A stretch of DNA of 39,854 bases from Pelomyxa schiedti. Its lineage: Eukaryota > Protista > Evosea. The stretch covers positions 1-39,854 of the forward strand of contig JAHLWZ010000943.1 of NCBI GenBank assembly GCA_020536535.1, written 5' to 3'. Both the position numbers and the translations under genes were made by a program. Every line of letters starts with the position of its first letter. Position 1 is the stretch's first letter. Of this stretch, positions 35,901 to 39,854 are shown piece after piece. The notes beneath the pieces are model-generated. The model had not been told where the DNA came from. It was given only the letters and a program-made list of their open reading frames with translations, and searched no databases.

Positions 35901-37005
35901 CGCGTCGCTCCTGTTGGCATGTAAATTTCGACGTGGACGACCACGAGTCCTGATGGGTGATGCGTGTGGTGGGGAATCTGCACTTTCACTTGCAGAATAT
36001 TCATCTTGTGATGAGGAAGAAGATGGACTAGATGCAGCCTCGAAGTCACCATCCGAGGACCGGGAAGAATCACTGGCAGCAGATTTCTTGACGCGGTTTG
36101 AGGTCCTTGGTTTCCTACCTCTCTTGGTGCCAGAGCGGATCTGACCCTCAGAGGTACCAACAAGACTGGGGGCAGTTCCCTGATTCCTACGAAAACGTAT
36201 GAGGAATTCATAAGAACAAACGAGAGTGATACTGTAATTGGGGAGGCCCGTGGATTGCAGGGGGTATAGTCTAGTGCAGGAATTAGTCTGGAGTTAGTGG
36301 GAAAACAAGTATACTTCTGCTGTAGGAAGCGCTGAAGGAATCGGTGCTGGTGGAATTTGTGAGTAGGTTGCACTACATTGGGAATTCTTGGCCAATGGAA
36401 GTGAAGTAGAGGTGCATATGGGAGGAGAATTGCGGGTGCGTTTTTGTATTGGGGGCAGTGTGACTGGAAAATTGATTGGAGGGTCAGGTGCCTGAAGAGA
36501 CCCCTGTGGAGGTGGGTAATTGGCAGTGTACTGCCCGTTGTACTGCAATTTGGGTATTGACGAGGAACATGGCACAGAGGGCAGAGTTACAGGAAAATTT
36601 GGTGGACTTGAGCGTGCTGATGTTCCGCAGTAGGAGGTGTTCAGCCCTGGTGGAGGGCGTTGGGTCCCGGTTGGACTGGACGGTCTCGTGCAGTTTTGTG
36701 TTGCCACAGGGGGTTGGAGGTTGCGGCTGGGTGCGTAAGCGCCGTTGTATGTAGCGACCTGAGGAACACCCAGAGAAGGTGTTTCGTAGGTGCAGTTCGA
36801 GCGTGGTGGCAAAGAATTCGTTGAGTAGGAGTTCGTGTTGTTGATGTAGTTAATGTCTCGGACAACGTCGCGGGCGCGAAAAGACGAGCCTGGGGCGTGA
36901 TTGGTGGCTGAGGCAGAGGGAGTGGTGAACCTACACACGACAAAGAACACAAAAGGGAGGAAAAAACAAGATCGTCAGATCTCACCGTTGCCGACCCCGC
37001 GACGT
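29929..37005 (-). CDS. CHD1: Chromodomain helicase DNA-binding protein, CHD1/CHD2 type (double chromo + SNF2 ATPase + SANT/SLIDE + DUF4208-like); 5' start uncertain
   Basis: EYLIKWK/EYLIKWR chromodomains; [11 protein letters not shown]; GILADEMGLGKTVQ; [10 protein letters not shown]; RAGGLGINL; [20 protein letters not shown]; [10 protein letters not shown]; [21 protein letters not shown]; LQRRVDTL; SLWHHVS. Confidence 0.95.
32105..32596. repeat. Perfect 98-bp inverted repeat pair (32105-32202 and 32499-32596) with a 296-bp spacer
   Basis: tgtgattagtttagaccag...tgtctacctctt at 32105 is the exact reverse complement of aagaggtagacagc...ctaatcaca at 32499. Confidence 0.97.
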
Positions 37006-37431
37006 TTGTTTAGTGGTTGTGATTGTTTTTTTTTTTTGTGTTTATGAAAAAGTGCCAGTGGCATGTGCGCAGGCAACGATGGGGTTTTTTTCTTTTTTGC
37101 CCCAACTTACGGTGAATATCCGCAAGACATGCGGCTGATGGATTTCGACCAAAGCAAACCGGAAGGAAAATGCTTCGACAAAAAATAGATTTGGATTTGG
37201 CCTGTGGTTTGCAATTGTTGTTTGTCTGTGTTTCCTCCATCTGCCAACAGATCTTTGCTTTATACAATCTTTCGAACAGGCACCATCCTTCCCTCGCTTA
37301 TGCCCACACGGCCACCCCATTACTGATAACCGTTGTGTTCAGATATGTTCCGTTCTCGCTTTTTGGTTGTCACAACAACCTTTTCCCAGCAAACATACGA
37401 ACGAGTGATTTCGTGCGTTCCTGTTAAAAAA

Positions 37432-39854
37432 ATGGCCAACCAACCGGCCCCAGCACCGCCCGAAAACACGCCGGGTTCGTCCGATGGCGACCACGACGAC
37501 GACGTCGACGTCGTGTGCTGGGTGTGCATGGGGATGTACACCGACCCAGTGTCCCTGTCCTGTGGCCACACAGTCTGCCTCAAGTGCGCGCGCGAGACGC
37601 TCGTGGCGGCCGCCAAGTTGGCTTCGTCGCGCCCCTGTGGCCTCGGTACGTCGCCGAGCGCGTCGCCGCCGTCGGCCAGCAGTTGCAGCCTGCCGGGGCA
37701 GACAAATAGTGCAGCCTCTGCCACGTCATTGAATCGTGAATATCGCATCGACGCTTCTGGTGTGTGTGAGTGTGCGCGTGCTGTGTGAGTGCTTTGCGTG
37801 CGCACACAACTCACTCTCCCTCAAAGAAACAGTTGAAGTAACGTGTCCATTTCAATGCACAAAGACCACAACGATAAAAACCAACACAACTGGTGGGGGT
37901 TTGAAACCAAACACCGTGGTTAATGAACTTGTTGAAAATAGAAAAACCGAATTGGTATGTATCTCAACATGTTGTTCTAACGCTGACATGTGTACTTTTT
38001 TTAAACCAAACCACAAGCTCAGAGCAACACTGTGTGAGGCACCATATTGTTGTGTTGAACCAGCATGCTCTCCATCTCCTGCCACCTGCAAATGCTCTTG
38101 GTGCCATGATTTGTTGTTTTGTGGCCCATGCTTCAAGCAGCACCACCAAAGGGGTGCCTTCAAACTTCACAAAGTTTGTCTTCTCTCGATTCCGTTTCAA
38201 GTCTAAATTTAATTTTTCACCAGGCAACAGAAATAAGCCCGAATGTGACATACTCATGTAGAATTCATGGAGGCAAGGAACGAGACCTTCTGTGCTCGTG
38301 CGGTATTTCGATCTGTTATTTGTGTGAGAAGTCTGAGAAGCACTCCGGACACACAAGCAGACCTCTTACTGATAGCCTTCCAAAGAAAATCACTGAAGTT
38401 CAAGGTTATTACTCTCTCGAGAACCCTCTTATTCTCCCCATAAGAGTTTACCATTTGTAATTTTATGTTTTGCGGAAAAGGGTTCATCCAACAGCTGAGT
38501 GGGATTAGCAACGAAGAAGCCACTGCCATCACACAAATGAATACAGAGAAATTGTCAATCACAAAGGTTCACCTTTTTTCGAAAAAATTTGTGACCAATA
38601 AAAGGCAATTTCAAGCGGCTCCATTTCCATTCTGGATGATTTGCAGGCCATCCAATGTACCTTGGAGGGCAGATGCAAAGAAATCAATCTTATTGCACAG
38701 AGTCTCTCTGATTCAATGGGTTGGAATTCGCAAAAAAAAAAAAAAAACGGATGAAATTTGACTTTTACAGGACACAACCTGGATGCCCAAAACAACTCAT
38801 TGGAGGTTGTTCTGAAGAGCCATCAAGGGTTGATTTCAAAAGCAAACGAAGTTGTCCAGCAACGTAACCCAATGGATGTCCTGAAAGCACACTCGATCCT
38901 CTCTTCTTTACTTTCTGCCAAAGTGTTGCTGGTGTGAGTTCTCTCACCTACTTCCTTTTATCCCCTCTCATATAAGCTACACAACAACAGGACAAACATA
39001 GACTTGAACCATGTGAACAAGCCAAAGCAATCAGGTGCATGACGGGACCACGTGACGAGTTGATTGGAATGATCAAGAAATATGGAACAGTGAACAAAGG
39101 CAGGCTCCCAAACCCACCAAGTGGAGGGAGGGCACCAGTGTGCACAAGGAAATCAGATACAATCATCACAGTGCAGTGGGAACCACCATCACCCCACGAT
39201 GAACAGATGGATATTGAGCAAGTGGTGGGCTACAGTGTGTTGGTGTCGCCCTCATCCAATCACACAGCTTCAGCTTCCCTGCCAGAAACAACAACAAGTC
39301 CTCCTTCCTCTTTGTCACCATCAACACTGAAAACAACAGGAGGGGGTGCAAGGGATGGTGTGAGAGGGCCTCTGGAGGCAGTGGCAACGGTGGCACTGTT
39401 TGAAGTGAAGGGGAAGGAGACAACAAAGTGCGAGGTGACCGTGGAACCAAAGGAGCTCGCGGTTTCGGTGTGTGCCGTGAGCCTCGTTGGATCATCAGCG
39501 CCAACACAGAGTGCCACTGTGGCCACAACACCACCGAGGGAGGTTGAGGTGTTTGTGTGGGGTGCTGCTGGCGGCGCGAATGGTGGCAACTGCATGGCGG
39601 GGGGCCCAGGGGGGTTCTCAACAGCCAGGATGGTGCTCAAGACCGGGACGCGGCTCACGATCGTGGTGGGCCAGGGCGGCGCCGGAAATTGCTCTGGATC
39701 CGGAACAGCGACAAGGAAATCATTTGGTGGTGGTGGGAGTGGCGGGAAAACCACATCCTACTGGTGCGGGGCAGGGGGAGGGGGCTGCAGCGCCGTGATG
39801 TTCGACGGGGTGCCCCTGGTGGTGGCCGCGTTGGTCGCGGTGGCGCGCTGCCCG
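37432..39854 (+). CDS. TRIM-like protein: RING - B-box - B-box - coiled coil - FN3 - glycine-rich domain (3'-truncated)
   Basis: RING CWVC..DPVSLSCGHTVCLKC...CPFQC; B-boxes CSWC..FCGPCFKQHH..HK and CRIH..LLCSC..ICYLC..HSGH; FN3 PNPP..ITVQWEPP..VVGYSV..VCAVSLVGSS; Gly-rich VFVWGAAGG..GGPGGFS..LTIVVGQGG..GGGGCSAV. Confidence 0.85.

Overview
Gene-dense, intron-rich eukaryotic DNA with short introns (mostly about 40-60 nt), GC/CpG-rich first exons and poly-A/T tracts. The gene content (an Entamoeba-type Lys-catalytic phosphoglycerate dehydrogenase and a 'QVLALAMGTHPRCG' family gene) suggests an amoebozoan, plausibly an archamoeba such as Pelomyxa; this is inference, not verified. I assembled gene models by hand from reading frames and splice sites. 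Recognisable housekeeping genes are DNAJB12/14, YIPF1/2, INTS9, an L-type lectin cargo receptor, USP38/35, a BSD-TBC-TLDc protein, CHD1/2, tRNA-Ala(AGC) and a truncated TRIM-like gene. Between USP38 and the tRNA (about 17.6-26.8 kb) lies a block of atypical genes: an intronless lineage-specific family member, a frameshifted and degenerate PGDH, a Crinkler-type PD-(D/E)xK nuclease plus kinase effector, and a full-length eEF2 paralog that has lost its GTPase motifs but kept the diphthamide histidine. CHD1 carries a perfect 98-bp inverted copy of one of its own downstream exons and has no in-frame ATG in its first exon.
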